Shown piece by piece: positions 47,749 to 58,394 of a DNA stretch of 64,000 bases. The stretch is from the NCBI GenBank assembly GCA_963666985.2, contig CAXXIA010000002.1:96001-160000 (forward strand). The letters run 5' to 3'. A program made the position numbers and the translations under genes. Positions within the stretch are counted from its first letter, which is position 1; every line of letters starts with the position of its first letter. This stretch comes from Spirochaetia bacterium (GTDB taxonomy: Bacteria; Spirochaetota; Spirochaetia; DSM-2461). Below the pieces are notes generated by a model. That model was not told the DNA's origin, searched no databases, and worked only from the letters and a program-made list of their open reading frames with translations.

Positions 47749-48237
47749 TCAGCGGCCCCTCCCGCGGCGATGTCCTCCGGAACCGAAGGAAGCCGAAGAG
47801 TCGGAATCGGCGCAGCATTCCCCGTGACCGTACCCGTCGGCCAGATTGACAAGATCATGAGAACCGCAGACATCACACATTGCCGGCTCTCCGCCGATTT
47901 TCGAGGCGAGGATCCGGCCGCAGCCGCGGCATCTGAGCCGATTTTGCCTGAAATGAACCGGCCCGCCGCCGATGGAAAGCCTTCTGCCGTCCAAAAGGAA
48001 TTCCGCGCTTTTCTTCCTGGCCGATTCCACAAGCCGTGAAAACGTGGAGCGCGAGATGGACATCATTTCGGCGGCTTCATCTTGAGTCAGCCCCTCTTTG
48101 TCGGCCAAGCGAAGGGCTTCCAGTTCATCCAGACTCATTTCCAAATCCTGAAGATCTCTGGCCCGAACACCTACGGGTTTAAAACTGTCGAACAGCGGCG
48201 GCTCATGGATAAAACGGCGGGATTTGGGACGCGGCAC
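47749..48237 (-). CDS. DUF134 HTH protein with zinc ribbon and Gly/Arg tail
   Basis: MPRPK, FKPVG, DELEALRLADKEGLTQDEAAEMMSISRSTF, CRGC...CDVC; AGGAGG RBS. Confidence 0.9.
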   Translation of the reverse strand: MPRPKSRRFIHEPPLFDSFKPVGVRARDLQDLEMSLDELEALRLADKEGLTQDEAAEMMSISRSTFSRLVESARKKSAEFLLDGRRLSIGGGPVHFRQNRLRCRGCGRILASKIGGEPAMCDVCGSHDLVNLADGYGHGECCADSDSSASFGSGGHRRGRGR

Positions 48238-48435
48238 AAAAAACCTCCTGCGATTTTACGCTTCCTCGGAAATACGGCGGTAATACCGAGTATACAGCAA
48301 TTTAATTCGATATCGCCTGTCTCCTTATTTTTAATTCAATAAATTATCTATGGTATTTTTTAACTATGGCAATATTTATTTATAAAATTATCTATTTATG
48401 TTACAATGAGAATATTCCAACAATGAGGTATTCCA

Positions 48436-50130
48436 ATGAGCAAGAAGTATGTCATCATCGGCGGCTCGGCCGCCGGACCTAAAATCGCGTCGAAGATCCG
48501 AAGATTGGATCAGAATGCGGATATCATAATCATCCAAAAGAGTAAAAATCTTTCCATGGCCTCATGCGGCTATCCCTATTACGTGGGCGGTGTTTTCGAT
48601 AATCAGAACCTTCTGATAGGAAGCGCCTCAGGCGCCATTCGCGATCCTTCTTACTTTTCCAAAGTGAAAGGGATTAAGGCCTATGTGGAAACCGAAGCCG
48701 TTTCCATCGACAGAGAGAAAAAAACCGTAACGGTCCGCAATCTGAACGGCGGCGCGGAAGAAGTGATTCCGTACGATAAATTGGCCATAACCACGGGGGC
48801 CCAGGCCGTTAAACCTCCCATTGAAGGGATTGATTTGGAAGGCGTTACAAGCCTCCACAGCCTGGAAGACACCCTCGCGCTCAAAGAAAAGGTCAAGGGA
48901 GCCGAAGGAATGAAGGCCGTCGTCGTCGGCGGCGGTCTTATCGGCATTGAAACGTGTGAAGCGTTTCATTTGGCCGGGATTGAAACAACCGTCATTGAAA
49001 TGCTGGATCAGATTCTGCCCTTCCTGGATTGGGAAATGGCCAAACTGGTTGAAAATCATATTCGCGCCAAAGGCAATAATGTCCTTACCGGCGACGGCGT
49101 GAAGAGATTCAACGGAGAAAACGGCAAATTGGTTTCCGTGGAAACCATGAGCGGAAAAATCATCGAATGCAATCTGGCGGTCGTCTCCATCGGTGTGAGG
49201 CCGAGCAGCAAATTGGCCGCCGATTGCGGTCTTTCCATCGGAGATAAGAGAGGCATCAGGATCAACCGCTTCATGCAGACAAACGATCCCGATATCTACG
49301 CGGCGGGTGACTGCGTGGAGGTAACCAACCTCATCACTCACGAAAAACAGCACTGGCCGATGGGTGACGCGGCCAATCTCCAGGGACGCGTTGCGGCCCA
49401 GAACATGGTCTTCGGCAACATTGAGGAATACGAAGGATTCATCGGTACGGGAATCTGCAAAGTTTTCGATTTCACCGCCGGAAGTACGGGATTATCGGAA
49501 AAAGCGGCCCGTGCCGAGGGATATGAAAATATCATCAAAGTCGTCCATGCCGCTCCGGATAAGCCGGGATTCATGGACGGCAAACCGATTATTCTTAAAC
49601 TTCTGGCCGAAAAAACCACAGGCCGCTTCTTGGGATTACAAGCCGTGGGTCCGGGAGACGCCGCCAAAAGACTGTCCGTCGCGGCCATGGCTCTTTACGG
49701 CCGAATGTGCATTTCCCATCTGGTGAATCTCGATCTTCCCTATGCGCCGCCCTTCTCTCCGGCCATCGATAACTTTATCACCGCGGTTCATGTTCTTGAG
49801 AACAAATGGCGGGGCTACATGGACGGCATATCATCGCTGGAACTCAAGGCAATGCTCGATGCGGAAGAAAAGCCGTTCCTTCTGGATGTCCGCGGTCCCG
49901 AAGAATATGAAGCCATGCGCTTGGATATTGGAGAAACGCTGATTCCGCTGGGTGAACTGCGGACAAATGCCGATAAACTGCCTCAGGACAAATCAACCCC
50001 GATAATCGTTTGGTGCAAGATTTCCCTCCGCGGATATGAAGCATCCTGCTGGCTGAAAGGCCAAGGATACGAGAACGTTAAAGTGCTGGAAGGAGGCATA
50101 ACGGCCTGGCCGTTCCCGAAGATCGGCTGA
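48436..50130 (+). CDS. CoA-disulfide/persulfide reductase with C-terminal rhodanese domain (CoADR-RHD/Npsr-like)
   Basis: GGSAAG, SMASCGYPYY (redox Cys), GGGLIG, YAAGD, LPYAPPFS, LLDVR...WCKISLRG...LEGGI. Confidence 0.92.
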   Translation: MSKKYVIIGGSAAGPKIASKIRRLDQNADIIIIQKSKNLSMASCGYPYYVGGVFDNQNLLIGSASGAIRDPSYFSKVKGIKAYVETEAVSIDREKKTVTVRNLNGGAEEVIPYDKLAITTGAQAVKPPIEGIDLEGVTSLHSLEDTLALKEKVKGAEGMKAVVVGGGLIGIETCEAFHLAGIETTVIEMLDQILPFLDWEMAKLVENHIRAKGNNVLTGDGVKRFNGENGKLVSVETMSGKIIECNLAVVSIGVRPSSKLAADCGLSIGDKRGIRINRFMQTNDPDIYAAGDCVEVTNLITHEKQHWPMGDAANLQGRVAAQNMVFGNIEEYEGFIGTGICKVFDFTAGSTGLSEKAARAEGYENIIKVVHAAPDKPGFMDGKPIILKLLAEKTTGRFLGLQAVGPGDAAKRLSVAAMALYGRMCISHLVNLDLPYAPPFSPAIDNFITAVHVLENKWRGYMDGISSLELKAMLDAEEKPFLLDVRGPEEYEAMRLDIGETLIPLGELRTNADKLPQDKSTPIIVWCKISLRGYEASCWLKGQGYENVKVLEGGITAWPFPKIG

Positions 50131-50258
50131 ACGGGTTCTTAAAAAGCACTCTCTTGAGGTGATTTCTCAAATCAGCGGTTTTTGAAAGAAAGCCCTTCTA
50201 ACGCGGGTTTTGAGGGCTTTCGGCTTATCGGATAGAAACAATTTCATGAGAATCGTTC

Positions 50259-50289
50259 CGCCTCGGGTTTTCCCCGGGGCGTTTTTTTT
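50259..50289 (+). terminator. Rho-independent terminator after the reductase
   Basis: cgcctcggg-tttt-ccccggggcg followed by T8. Confidence 0.75.
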
Positions 50290-50434
50290 CAGACGCCGAA
50301 CCCTGCAATTGCCGGGATTCTTCCTCACTCCGCCGCGCCGCACCCCCTTCCCGGAGCAAAAGCGCATTTTTTAAATGAGCCCCGTTATTCTTTTTCCTTT
50401 TCACCGTGATTTTGCCGATCTTGCCGTATTGCTC

Positions 50435-50463
50435 TTGAGTTTTGCACATATTCTCATTATATT
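50435..50463 (+). promoter_or_regulatory. Candidate sigma70 promoter of the DUF5320 gene
   Basis: TTGAGT-N17-TATATT. Confidence 0.5.
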
Positions 50464-50531
50464 ATTCCAAAAACACGGAGGCGGGCCGTTTCGCGCCCAA
50501 TCGCGGAAAGCCTGCCTCAAAGGAGAACGAT

Positions 50532-50873
50532 ATGCCGAGAAGAGACCGAAGAGGTCCCGAAGGGATGGGCCCCATGAGCGGACGCGGAATGGGATTCTGT
50601 GCCGGTTATGAAGGATCGGAAGCCGTGAATCCAGGATTCGCGGCAAGAAGAGGGAGAGGACGCGGAGCGGCTTTTACGGGCTTGCGTTTCGGCCGCAAAG
50701 CCGGATTCGGCCCCGGACGGGGATTCGGCGGTTATGCTTTCATACCGGAAAACAACCGATCTTTTCCCGATAAAGAAGAAGAACAAAGTTACCTCAATCA
50801 GGAGATTTCCGGACTCAAAGAACACCTGAAAACCTTGGAAGAACGTCTGGAGAAACTGAAAGCGGACGAATAA
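50532..50873 (+). CDS. DUF5320 family protein
   Basis: MPRRDRRGPEGMGPMSGRGMGFC, Gly/Arg-rich middle, C-terminal coiled coil; AAGGAG RBS. Confidence 0.88.
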   Translation: MPRRDRRGPEGMGPMSGRGMGFCAGYEGSEAVNPGFAARRGRGRGAAFTGLRFGRKAGFGPGRGFGGYAFIPENNRSFPDKEEEQSYLNQEISGLKEHLKTLEERLEKLKADE

Positions 50874-51015
50874 TCCGCTCGGACGCGACCGCCTGTGAAG
50901 AGGGCCCTTCACGGCGGCTCGTTTTGCGTCCGTGCCGCAGAATCCGCACAGGATCGTCGATTTCCCGCGCTCATCGGTATTCCTCCCGAATCGGCGACGG
51001 CCTATAATGCTCGTC

Positions 51016-52692
51016 ATGGACGAAACGATTATTTTTTCACTGGTTCGCGCGGGTAAGAGATACGGAACCAAAACTCTTTTTTCAGATATCACCTTGAGTT
51101 TTTTTCTCGGCGCCAAGATTGGAATCATCGGCGCCAACGGTTCGGGGAAAACCACGCTGCTAAAAATCATGGCCGGACTGGATACCGATTTCGACGGCGA
51201 AAGGATGATGTCCGATGCCGTAAACGTCGGCTACCTTCCGCAGGAACCCGTACTCACTCCGGGCAAAACCGTGCGCGAGGTGGTTACCGAAGGAGTCGCC
51301 GAAACGGCTTCCCTCCTTGCCGAATACGATGAAATCAGCGCGCAATTCGCCGAACCGATGGATGACGAGGCCATGGAAGCCCTGCTGACGCGGCAGGGCG
51401 AAGTCCAGGAGGCCATCGAAGCCGCCGACGGATGGAATTTGGACTCAAGGCTGGATTTGGCGATGGAAGCCCTGCGCTGTCCTCCGGATGATCAGCCGGT
51501 CGATAACCTTTCGGGAGGAGAGCGGCGGCGGACGGCTCTCTGCCGGCTGCTCCTTTCAAGACCCGATGTTCTGCTTCTGGACGAACCGACCAACCATCTG
51601 GACGCCGAGTCGGTCGCCTGGCTGGAACATCATCTGCATGAATATCCCGGAACGGTTATTCTGGTTACCCACGACCGCTACTTTCTGGACAACGTGACCG
51701 GCTGGATTCTGGAACTGGACCGCGGCCGAGGCATCCCCTGGAAAGGGAACTATGCCTCCTGGCTGGAGCAGAAGGAAGAGAGGCTGCGCCTCGAAGGCAA
51801 GGCAGAATCCAAGCGCAGGAAAAATCTTGAGAAGGAATTGGAATGGGTTCGTCAGGCCGGACCGCAAAGGAGACTGCGTTCCAAGGCGCGCCTGAAAGGC
51901 CTGGACGCCCTTAGGGATCGCGAAGCTCAGGAAGAAGCCAGAGAAGCCGAACTCTGGATTCCCCCGGGTCCCCGCCTGGGAGAACTGATTCTGGAAACGA
52001 AGGGACTGACCAAGGCTTTTGACGGCAAACTCCTTTTCGAAAATCTGGACATGTCCGTTCCGCCCGGCGCCATCGTCGGAATCGTCGGCGCCAACGGTTC
52101 GGGAAAAACTACCCTTTTCCGGCTCATCACGGGTACCGAGAAGCCCGACGAAGGCGAAGTGCGCGTGGGAGAAACGGTAAAAATCGCCTGGGCGGACCAG
52201 CTTCGTGAACGGCTCGATCCTTCGCTTTCGGTCTGGCATCAGATATCCGGAGGGAAGGAGATGATTTCCCTCGGAGGGAAAGACATCAATTCCCGCGCCT
52301 GGCTGGGCCGCTTCGGCTTTCTCGGCAACGATCAGGGAAAAAAGGTCGGCGATCTTTCGGGCGGCGAACGCAACCGTCTGAACCTGGCCCTGGTTCTTCA
52401 GGAGGAAGGCAACCTGCTTCTTCTGGACGAACCGACAAACGACTTGGACGTGGCCACCATCCGGGGATTGGAAGAAGCCCTGGAGGTGTTCCCGGGAAGC
52501 GCCGTGGTTGTCAGCCACGACCGGTGGTTCCTGGACCGCGTCGCCACGCATGTCCTGGCGTTCGAGGGTGAAGGCGAGGTATTCTGGTATCCCGGCGGAT
52601 GGTCGGAATACAACGAGGACCGTCATAAACGGCTGGGAAGCGAAGCGGACATTCCGAAACGGCTGAAATATCGGAAGCTGACGAGGGACTAG
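51016..52692 (+). CDS. ettA: ABC-F translational throttle protein EttA
   Basis: DITLSFFLGAKIGIIGANGSGKT, AMEALRCPP, HLDAESVAWLE, GIPWKGNYASWLEQK, PPGPRLG, YRKLTR. Confidence 0.93.
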   Translation: MDETIIFSLVRAGKRYGTKTLFSDITLSFFLGAKIGIIGANGSGKTTLLKIMAGLDTDFDGERMMSDAVNVGYLPQEPVLTPGKTVREVVTEGVAETASLLAEYDEISAQFAEPMDDEAMEALLTRQGEVQEAIEAADGWNLDSRLDLAMEALRCPPDDQPVDNLSGGERRRTALCRLLLSRPDVLLLDEPTNHLDAESVAWLEHHLHEYPGTVILVTHDRYFLDNVTGWILELDRGRGIPWKGNYASWLEQKEERLRLEGKAESKRRKNLEKELEWVRQAGPQRRLRSKARLKGLDALRDREAQEEAREAELWIPPGPRLGELILETKGLTKAFDGKLLFENLDMSVPPGAIVGIVGANGSGKTTLFRLITGTEKPDEGEVRVGETVKIAWADQLRERLDPSLSVWHQISGGKEMISLGGKDINSRAWLGRFGFLGNDQGKKVGDLSGGERNRLNLALVLQEEGNLLLLDEPTNDLDVATIRGLEEALEVFPGSAVVVSHDRWFLDRVATHVLAFEGEGEVFWYPGGWSEYNEDRHKRLGSEADIPKRLKYRKLTRD

Positions 52693-52894
52693 TCACAACG
52701 ATGTGAACCGAATGCCCCCGCCCGCGGAAGCGCAGGCGGTGCAGGCGGCCGGCTGCTTTGCCGCGGGTTGCCTGCCGCAAACCGCCGGCCGCGGTCCGGG
52801 AATGAAATCGGCAACGCAGATAAAACCGGCCGCCGGTGAATGAACACATACCGGATAAGCGGCCGCAATTCAAACACGAAGGGACGGACAAAAC

Positions 52895-54583
52895 ATGCCG
52901 CAGCAGCTCAAGAGAGTCTTCTTAACCCCCAAAGGCGTCGTCAGACCCGCCGTCTTTTTCCTTGTTCCGGCGCTCTTTTACGGTTTCAGTGCGGCACGTT
53001 CGCCCCTTTGGCTGGATGCGACGCTCATTTTGGACTCGGCCCGAAACCTAACCTTGAGCGCCTGGGTGAATATTCACAATCTCTTCAATGTTCTGGGCTT
53101 TCTCTGGCTGAAAATCTTCTTTTGGGCAGATCCGTGTTATGCCCTGACACTGCTGGCCGCTCTTTTCGGAGCTCTGACGGTTCTCTTCTTTTACCTGATC
53201 TTTCTGGAATTCTCCAATAAACCTCTATTTCCGGCGGCCGCGGCGCTGGCGGTTATGATGTCCCACTCGCTGTGGTGGCATTCGTCCATCATCGAGGTCT
53301 ACACCCTCAACGCTTTTCTCATTTCTCTCATGGTGTTCGCCCTGGTTCGCTGGGAAGCAAGCGGGAAACCGGGTTATCTGCCTCTGGCTTTCGGCGCTCT
53401 GGGTCTGGGGGTGAGCAATCATGTTTTGATGGGCTTATTTGTTCCGGCCTTCATTCTGATGCTGCTGTGGAACCGATTTATTATGAAACGGCGAATCGGC
53501 ATCAAATTTTTTCTGATCTCGCTTCTGTGTCTTCTAGCCGGCGGAGGTCTCTATGCCTTCGTGTTCTTCAGGGATGTCGCCGGGAACATGAACTCGGCCG
53601 CAGCTTTCATGGAAGCCTTCGGCAGAACATGGCTGAAAGCCACCGGCGGCGAATTCAGGGACTATATGTTTACCGAAAACCTTTCGCCGCGGGAATTACG
53701 GTTCTGGCGATGGAATTACCCCTTCCTCTGGCTGATGAATTTTCCTTCGGCCGCGATTCTTCTGGGCTTCTATGGGCTGATTCGCTGGCTGCGAAACCGT
53801 GAAATGTCGGGTAATCTGATCTTTCTTTTAACCGCAATGGCGGCGCAGATTCTTTGGTCGGCGAATTATTTCATCTGGGATATGTTCGCTTTTTCCATGC
53901 CGGTTTATCTGATGTTCGGCGTATTTGCAGGCTACGGATTAATCAAGCTGACAGAAGCAGGCCGCCGCGGCACAATTTCGGCATACATTGCCGTGCCGAC
54001 ATTTTTCATTCCGCTTTTTCTCTATCCGGCACTCGGCCGCGCCGGAGGAGAAGGAACGGACGTTCGACAATATTTCAGTCATTACGAGGTTGTCCCCACC
54101 GTGAGACCCGTTTGGGATCCGGAGCCCTATATCATCAATCCCTGGAAAAGGAACTACGATAATGTGGAGCAGGTGATGCGGCCCCTTTTGGAAAAGCTTC
54201 CCGAAGACGCCGTCCTTCTCGCGGGCGATCCTACGGTGGACTTCCCTTTACGGTATTACTATCTGCCCGTTCTCGGGGAAAGGCCGGATATCGAGTTGCG
54301 ATCCGTTTTCCTTCCGTTCATGAATGAAAAACGGGCACTGAGTGAAGCACGGAGTCTGCTCAGGATTCTACAGTCGGGCCGCAGCATCTGGTTTGTCTCG
54401 CCGGCCTACCCGGAACGGGCCGTTCTTCTCGCTCTGGCGGCGCTGGCCGATTCATCAACGGATGTAAAACGATTGGCGGGTCTGGATGATGAGGCCTTCA
54501 TCGCGTCATACGATGCCTGGCCGCTGAGCGCGGAAAATCTTACCCCGGACGGGTCGGTGAAACTTTACCGACTGTCGCCTTAA
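52895..54583 (+). CDS. DUF2723/TMEM260-like GT-C fold glycosyltransferase
   Basis: WLD near the N-terminus, WWHSSIIEVYTLN, GLGVSNH, many TM helices, extracellular C-terminal domain. Confidence 0.75.
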   Translation: MPQQLKRVFLTPKGVVRPAVFFLVPALFYGFSAARSPLWLDATLILDSARNLTLSAWVNIHNLFNVLGFLWLKIFFWADPCYALTLLAALFGALTVLFFYLIFLEFSNKPLFPAAAALAVMMSHSLWWHSSIIEVYTLNAFLISLMVFALVRWEASGKPGYLPLAFGALGLGVSNHVLMGLFVPAFILMLLWNRFIMKRRIGIKFFLISLLCLLAGGGLYAFVFFRDVAGNMNSAAAFMEAFGRTWLKATGGEFRDYMFTENLSPRELRFWRWNYPFLWLMNFPSAAILLGFYGLIRWLRNREMSGNLIFLLTAMAAQILWSANYFIWDMFAFSMPVYLMFGVFAGYGLIKLTEAGRRGTISAYIAVPTFFIPLFLYPALGRAGGEGTDVRQYFSHYEVVPTVRPVWDPEPYIINPWKRNYDNVEQVMRPLLEKLPEDAVLLAGDPTVDFPLRYYYLPVLGERPDIELRSVFLPFMNEKRALSEARSLLRILQSGRSIWFVSPAYPERAVLLALAALADSSTDVKRLAGLDDEAFIASYDAWPLSAENLTPDGSVKLYRLSP

Positions 54584-54615
54584 TAACGGACTTTTTTCCG
54601 AAAGATCCGCAAAAA

Positions 54616-55839
54616 TCAGCGTCCGTGATCCCGCCGGGCTTCACGGCGGATTTCCATTTTCTTGTAGTATTCGGCCGATTTCTTTATTTGTGAGATATCG
54701 GATGAATACAATTTATTATCAACCACCGAGAGATCCTTGCTCTCCAGCAGCGTGGAGATGGCGCCGCGTCCGGTATCCTTGGGCAGCCCGACGGAATTCA
54801 GCAGATCGTTGGGGCCCAGTCGGAAGGTGTAGGACATGCGCGCGGTCAAATCCATTCTTTCTTTTTCAAGTTCCAGGACCAAACAGTCGTAAAGACGCCC
54901 GACGGGATCTTCAATAAGCGTGTTTTTCAGCTGCCGGTAGAGAGTCCAGATCCGCTCGGCGAGTGTCGATGTGAGGCGGGAAATAACCTTGGGCTGTTCC
55001 ACGACCATCCCTTTGAAATTGGCGCGGTTCACCGCCATGAGCACGGAATCCTCGTTGGCGATGGCCGAGGCGCTTCGCGGCTTATTCTCCAAAAGGGCCA
55101 TCTCACCGAAAATGTCGCCGGCCTTCAGCAAGGCTAAAAGCACTTCATTGTCGTTGACGATTTTGGTAATGCGGATGCTGCCCTTCTGAATAATGTAAAG
55201 CTCCGGGCCGCTTTCTCCCTCGGCGAAAAGCATGGTGTCTTTGGGATATTGACGAATGAACTGATCGGTCGCCGGCTTCAAATTGGCCGTTTTGGCATAG
55301 GGCTTTATTTTCGCCATCCGCTGTTTGGCCGTTTCAACGTTGGAACCGTAAGGATTGGCCAAACAGTATTTATAGTAAGCATAGAACGCCTGGTTGAACT
55401 GACTTTGGCGCGCGTAATACTCGCCCACCTGGAAAAGATGGCGTTCGTCGGCTTCAACCGAACTCTTAAAGGTCAGACGGGTTAAGGCCTGATCCAGCAG
55501 CCGTACCTGTTTGGAGAACCCGTTGATGATTTTCATCGCCACGGGGGTATTCCGTTCAATAAGAAGGGAATATTGATCGGAACGAACGGAGATAAGGGTA
55601 CAATCATCCAGAGCCACGGCATTGTCGATATGATTGTGGCTGGACATGGTGGAAACAACGCCGAAGAAATCACCCGGTTTCAGGACGGTTTCATCCTCTT
55701 CCTCAGGGATTTCCAAATCTTTTTCGATGCGTACGCGGCCCGAACGAATAATATAAAATTGATCGGCCCGCTTTCCCTCGATGGTGATGTATGCGCCTTT
55801 GTTGTAACTCACCAGCCCCAGCTGTAAAGGGTTGCTCAT
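54616..55839 (-). CDS. Double cNMP-binding domain protein with central TPR-like helix pair and Crp-like C-terminus
   Basis: FYIIRSG...PGDFFGV; LFQVGEYY...AFYAYYKY; LYIIQKG...GDIFGEMALLENKPRSASA; GGAG RBS. Confidence 0.88.
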   Translation of the reverse strand: MSNPLQLGLVSYNKGAYITIEGKRADQFYIIRSGRVRIEKDLEIPEEEDETVLKPGDFFGVVSTMSSHNHIDNAVALDDCTLISVRSDQYSLLIERNTPVAMKIINGFSKQVRLLDQALTRLTFKSSVEADERHLFQVGEYYARQSQFNQAFYAYYKYCLANPYGSNVETAKQRMAKIKPYAKTANLKPATDQFIRQYPKDTMLFAEGESGPELYIIQKGSIRITKIVNDNEVLLALLKAGDIFGEMALLENKPRSASAIANEDSVLMAVNRANFKGMVVEQPKVISRLTSTLAERIWTLYRQLKNTLIEDPVGRLYDCLVLELEKERMDLTARMSYTFRLGPNDLLNSVGLPKDTGRGAISTLLESKDLSVVDNKLYSSDISQIKKSAEYYKKMEIRREARRDHGR

Positions 55840-55959
55840 GCCGTCTCCAGAATACCGGTCCTTTTTTGTGCCCGGCCGATTCAATTATCGGCCGAAAACC
55901 ATCCTATTAAGGATAAACTATTCTAAGGATCGCAGGGAACCACCGTCAAGCGATTCAAC

Positions 55960-57261
55960 TTAGAGACCGGGATACAGAGGAAACTCATCGCAAAGCTTCT
56001 TCACCTGGGCGGATATGGACGCGAGTTTTTTCTCATCGCCGCCGCTTTTTAAAGCCTCAATCATATAACCGGCGATCAAAGGCATCTGAGCCTCGCCCAT
56101 TCCTCGGCTGGTTACCGCCGGTGTTCCCACCCTGATGCCCGATGAAATCCTGGGCGGCTGAGGATCGAAGGGAATAGCATTTTTATTCACCGTTATTCCG
56201 GCCAAATCCAGCCAGATTTCGGCATCTTTACCGGTAACGTTCAAAGAACCGAGGTCCACGAGCATCAAATGGTTGTCGGTTCCGCCGGAAACCAATCGCA
56301 CTCCGCCTGAAATTAAGGCTTTGGCCAGAACTTGGGCATTCACCCTTACTTGAGCCTGATAGGATTTGAAATCGGGCTGGAGAGCCTCTTTAAAGGCCAC
56401 GGCCTTGGCCGCGATGATATGCATCAGCGGACCGCCCTGGATGCCGGGGAAGATAACGCTGTCGATAAGCTCGCCGATACGCTTGGTTCTTCCGGATTTC
56501 GGGGCGACGATGCCCATGTCGTTTTCAAAGTCCTTTCCAGCGAGAATCATGCCGCCGCGAGGCCCTCGAAGTGTTTTATGGGTTGTTGTGGTGGTGATAT
56601 GGGAATAAGGCACAGGAGAGGGGTGCTCACCGGCGGCGACAAGTCCGGCGATGTGGGCCATGTCCGTTACGAGCAGGGAACCCGCCTCATCGGCCACGGA
56701 GCGGAATTTCGCGAAATCGATAATACGGGGATAGGCCGACGCGCCGGCGACGATCACTCTGGGCTTATGTTCCAGAGCCAGAGCTCTCAGCTCATCATAA
56801 TCGATCGTTTCCGATTCTTTATTCACGCCGTAACTGACGATCTTGTAATCCTTACCGGAAAAACTCGCCGGAGAACCGTGTGTCAGATGACCGCCGTGGG
56901 CCAAGTTCATGCCCATAAGGGTATCGCCGTGCTTCATAACCGCGCGGAAAGCTCCCATATTGGCCTGGCTGCCGGCATGGGGCTGAACGTTCACGTATTC
57001 GGCGCCGAAAAGCTCCTTGGCCCGCTCTTTGGCCAATGTTTCGGCAACGTCCACATATTCACAGCCGCCGTAATATCGTTTGGAAGGATATCCTTCGGCA
57101 TATTTATTTGTTAAAACCGATCCCGCGGCTTCCAAAACAGCCCGGGAAACAAGATTCTCCGAGGCGATGAGTTCAAGGCGATCGCGCTGCCTGGCAAGCT
57201 CGTCCGTCATGGCACCGTGAAGTTCGGGATCAAATTCGGCAATCGTTCGATTATCGGGCAT
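55960..57261 (-). CDS. glyA: Serine hydroxymethyltransferase
   Basis: [52 protein letters not shown]. Confidence 0.98.
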   Translation of the reverse strand: MPDNRTIAEFDPELHGAMTDELARQRDRLELIASENLVSRAVLEAAGSVLTNKYAEGYPSKRYYGGCEYVDVAETLAKERAKELFGAEYVNVQPHAGSQANMGAFRAVMKHGDTLMGMNLAHGGHLTHGSPASFSGKDYKIVSYGVNKESETIDYDELRALALEHKPRVIVAGASAYPRIIDFAKFRSVADEAGSLLVTDMAHIAGLVAAGEHPSPVPYSHITTTTTHKTLRGPRGGMILAGKDFENDMGIVAPKSGRTKRIGELIDSVIFPGIQGGPLMHIIAAKAVAFKEALQPDFKSYQAQVRVNAQVLAKALISGGVRLVSGGTDNHLMLVDLGSLNVTGKDAEIWLDLAGITVNKNAIPFDPQPPRISSGIRVGTPAVTSRGMGEAQMPLIAGYMIEALKSGGDEKKLASISAQVKKLCDEFPLYPGL

Positions 57262-57352
57262 CTTTAAGAATCCTCCGGATGAGTCCGTCTTGGTTTTCGG
57301 TGCCCAAGAATATCCCGTGAAATCCGATGGTGACAAGGCCTATGGCCGTCTT

Positions 57353-57391
57353 AAAAAAACCGACGGGCCCATACAAATAGGCATCCGTCGG
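57353..57391 (-). terminator. Rho-independent terminator after the NUP gene
   Basis: Minus strand ccgacgg...ccgtcgg followed by T7. Confidence 0.8.
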
Positions 57392-57401
57392 AGATTCTTA
57401 T

Positions 57402-58394
57402 TTATTCACGGGGAGACTGAACGCTCAGAGTATCCCAGTTCTCCAAAATCCGATCCACGATGGCCGATCCCACAAGAAATCCGTTGGTCATTCCCATGGA
57501 GAAACCGCCGGAGCTGGTGTCCAGACTTTCAAGAACACTCTGGCCGGGATGCGGCCGATCAAAATTCACGACATCACGAATCACTAAAAGACGATCAAGA
57601 AGTCCGAACCGCTTGGCGACGACTCCGAAGCCGTTGTCTTCCATCTGCGTCACCATGTATCGGTCGGCACCGTACTCGGCGCAGACTTCATCGGCGCGGG
57701 CGGAAGATCCGGGACCGTGCCAGTAATTATCACCCGTTACGGAAGAACCGCTTTGAACGGAAGGTAACGAATTGGCCGCCTTTTCCGTATAAAGAGCCCG
57801 ATACTCGGCGGCTTTTTCGCTATCGGTCAGCTCAATGCCGGAAACTTGTTGTTCGGCCCATTCCACCAATCCGCCGTTTAGCGGGATCAATCCCGACTCG
57901 GTATAGCTGTCGCACTTCAAAAACGTCCCTTCAATACCTTCGGGGGTATCGGATTCACTCCAGCCATGACCCAATTCATAGTCCACCAGATAAGTGGCGA
58001 TAACGACATCTCCCAAGGTCGTGCGGTCGGGTCCGGCTCCGCTGCATCCGGAAACAACGATGTAAGTTTGTGAAAAATCAAACCGGCCGTCGGAAAGAAT
58101 CGCCGTTAAGGTGGAAGCCGCCTGAGCCTTCCCCATACCGGTTACGGTTCCCGCGACTCCGTCGTTATTAATAAAAAGCGGATGCGGTATTCCCTTAATC
58201 TCGTAGGAATCGGCGTCTGAGAAATAGGCTTCATACCAATGCTGGAATTCTCCCGCGAAATCGCCCTCATACTCTCCGACTTCAAACATGGAGAGTTCCA
58301 AAACCTTAACCGCAATGGGATCCGGCACTCCGGCTGCCGAGACGGAAGAAGCGGCCCAAATCAAAGCAAAAAGAACAAAAAGAGTTTTTTTCAT
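57402..58394 (-). CDS. Purine nucleoside permease (NUP) family secreted protein
   Basis: Signal peptide, SMFEVG...GEFQHW, GMGKAQAA, FDFSQTY, GDNYWHG, TQMEDNG, NFDRP. Confidence 0.88.
   Translation of the reverse strand: MKKTLFVLFALIWAASSVSAAGVPDPIAVKVLELSMFEVGEYEGDFAGEFQHWYEAYFSDADSYEIKGIPHPLFINNDGVAGTVTGMGKAQAASTLTAILSDGRFDFSQTYIVVSGCSGAGPDRTTLGDVVIATYLVDYELGHGWSESDTPEGIEGTFLKCDSYTESGLIPLNGGLVEWAEQQVSGIELTDSEKAAEYRALYTEKAANSLPSVQSGSSVTGDNYWHGPGSSARADEVCAEYGADRYMVTQMEDNGFGVVAKRFGLLDRLLVIRDVVNFDRPHPGQSVLESLDTSSGGFSMGMTNGFLVGSAIVDRILENWDTLSVQSPRE

Noticed and set aside
47610..47751. Selenocysteine or readthrough at the DUF134 TGA
   Set aside because: The frame stays open for about 43 codons, but the context is not a redox motif and no SECIS is recognisable.
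57262..57400. ZTP riboswitch upstream of glyA
   Set aside because: The consensus elements are absent; the region is explained by a terminator plus a TTGTCA-N18-TATTCT promoter candidate.
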